Source of the DNA: Hungateiclostridiaceae bacterium UBA1305 | GTDB taxonomy: Bacteria; Bacillota; Clostridia; Acetivibrionales; DTU013 | Assembly (NCBI GenBank): GCA_002307275.1 | Contig: DBTX01000021.1 | Span: 8,432-72,431, forward strand | Length of the DNA: 64,000 bases | Direction: 5' to 3' | Notes under the pieces: model-generated | What the model saw: the letters and a program-made list of their open reading frames with translations, nothing else | Database searches by the model: none | What the model was told of the DNA's origin: nothing | Position numbers and translations under genes: made by a program | Shown here: in pieces, positions 63,046 to 64,000 of the stretch | How the letters are laid out: every line of letters begins with the position of its first letter | Position numbering within the stretch: the first letter of the stretch is position 1

Positions 63046-64000
63046 TCAAACCGGCTTGTTCAATTCATTAACATATACCATTATAGCATATTTCAACTTG
63101 TCTTTCGCCTCTTCCAGTGCAATCCCCGTAAGCTGTGCTCCGGCAACGGTCAAATGCCCGCCACCGCCGAGTTTCTCCAATATCATCTGCACATTTATAT
63201 CACCAAGTGACCTGCCGCTGATCCATATCTCGTTACCCACATTGCACAGCACAAACGCCGCATTAATCCCTGTAAGATTCAACAACTCATCTGCAGCCTT
63301 TGCAGCAATTAACTGTGCATTTTTGGTACCGGTAGGACAGATCGATATCGCGATTTCATTGCTTACGATCTCGGCAGTCTTAACAACACTTGAAATATTG
63401 GTGTAAGTCACCAGGTCGTTCTGGAACAGCTGCTTTACGGCAACAGTATCAACACCTTGCCTCTTCAGGTACGATGCGGCTTCGAACGTCCTCACGCCTG
63501 TCTTGAACGTAAAATTTTTCGTATCTACAACGATACCCGCATACAGAGCTTCAGCTTCAATAGGCTTAAGCCTGAGCTTCTCATCGACATATTGCAATAC
63601 CTCGGTCACAAGCTCGCTTGTAGAGGAAGCATAAGTTTCCTGATAGGTAAGCACAGTGTCCTGAACATACTCTGCGCCTCTCCTGTGATGATCGATCACC
63701 ACAACCTGACCCGCCATTCCGATCAATTCCGGTATTTCAGTAAAACTGGGTCTGTGCGTATCGACAATGATCAGCAAGGTCTTGCTGTTAACCATGTCCA
63801 ATACTTCGTTCCGGTTGATGAACAGATCATCATATTCCTGATATTTTTGAATTTTTGCGACAAGGCTTTCTATCGTCGGATTTATTTTATTCAAAACAAT
63901 ATGTGCCTCCTTGCCTCTGCTCTTCACAACCCTGTAAAGGCCAAGTGAAGCTCCAAGCGAATCGATGTCCGCATTTTCATGCCCCATAATTAAAATGGCG
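63046..64000 (-). CDS. gdpP: DHH/DHHA1 phosphoesterase, GdpP(YybT)-like; N-terminal part outside the window
   Basis: The frame stays open to the window edge. GHENADIDSLGAS and VVIDHHRR are DHH motifs, and LEKLGGGGH is the DHHA1 motif. The gene is located upstream of rplI-dnaB, as for B. subtilis yybT. Confidence 0.75.
   Translation of the reverse strand, partial: AILIMGHENADIDSLGASLGLYRVVKSRGKEAHIVLNKINPTIESLVAKIQKYQEYDDLFINRNEVLDMVNSKTLLIIVDTHRPSFTEIPELIGMAGQVVVIDHHRRGAEYVQDTVLTYQETYASSTSELVTEVLQYVDEKLRLKPIEAEALYAGIVVDTKNFTFKTGVRTFEAASYLKRQGVDTVAVKQLFQNDLVTYTNISSVVKTAEIVSNEIAISICPTGTKNAQLIAAKAADELLNLTGINAAFVLCNVGNEIWISGRSLGDINVQMILEKLGGGGHLTVAGAQLTGIALEEAKDKLKYAIMVYVNELNKPV

Overview
The window looks like a low-GC Gram-positive (Clostridia-type Firmicutes) chromosomal segment, transcribed mostly from the minus strand. 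All family calls come from motif and architecture recognition by eye; no database search was run.

Contents, left to right:
- An EamA permease fragment, leuB-leuD-leuC, an AraC regulator, a MazEF-type toxin-antitoxin pair and a PC4/YdbC-like protein.
- A 14.5-kb, 11-gene Tad/type-IVc-like operon (6412-20881). It opens with a Hanks Ser/Thr kinase fused to a P-loop-less ParA/TadZ-like domain. It also carries two CpaF-like ATPases, a CpaB-like protein, a TadZ-like protein, a fused TadB/C-like platform protein and five unassignable exported or anchored proteins.
- A PflX-like radical-SAM gene carrying an in-frame G+C-rich palindromic insertion, an alpha/beta hydrolase and an orphan FliD-like gene.
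- A late flagellar block in Bacillus subtilis order: comFC, yvyF | flgM, flgN, flgK, flgK', flgL, yviE, fliW, csrA | fliC, flaG, fliD, fliS, fliT-like. It is interrupted by a 12.4-kb plus-strand sugar-modification island (38714-51143) and by a GT2-TPR gene.
- recD2, metK with a SAM-I riboswitch, ftsH-hpt-tilS, and dnaB-rplI-gdpP (partial).

The three most unusual signals:
1. The non-canonical Tad-like locus. No Flp prepilin or prepilin peptidase is visible, and it has a kinase-TadZ fusion and a second ATPase.
2. The radical-SAM- and methyltransferase-rich island inserted into conserved flagellar synteny.
3. Tandem, degenerating copies of a gene's own 3' end plus stop codon lying just downstream of several genes (leuC, the pilin-like gene, the PflX-like gene; metK less clearly).

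No transposase, integrase, CRISPR array, tRNA or rRNA was seen.
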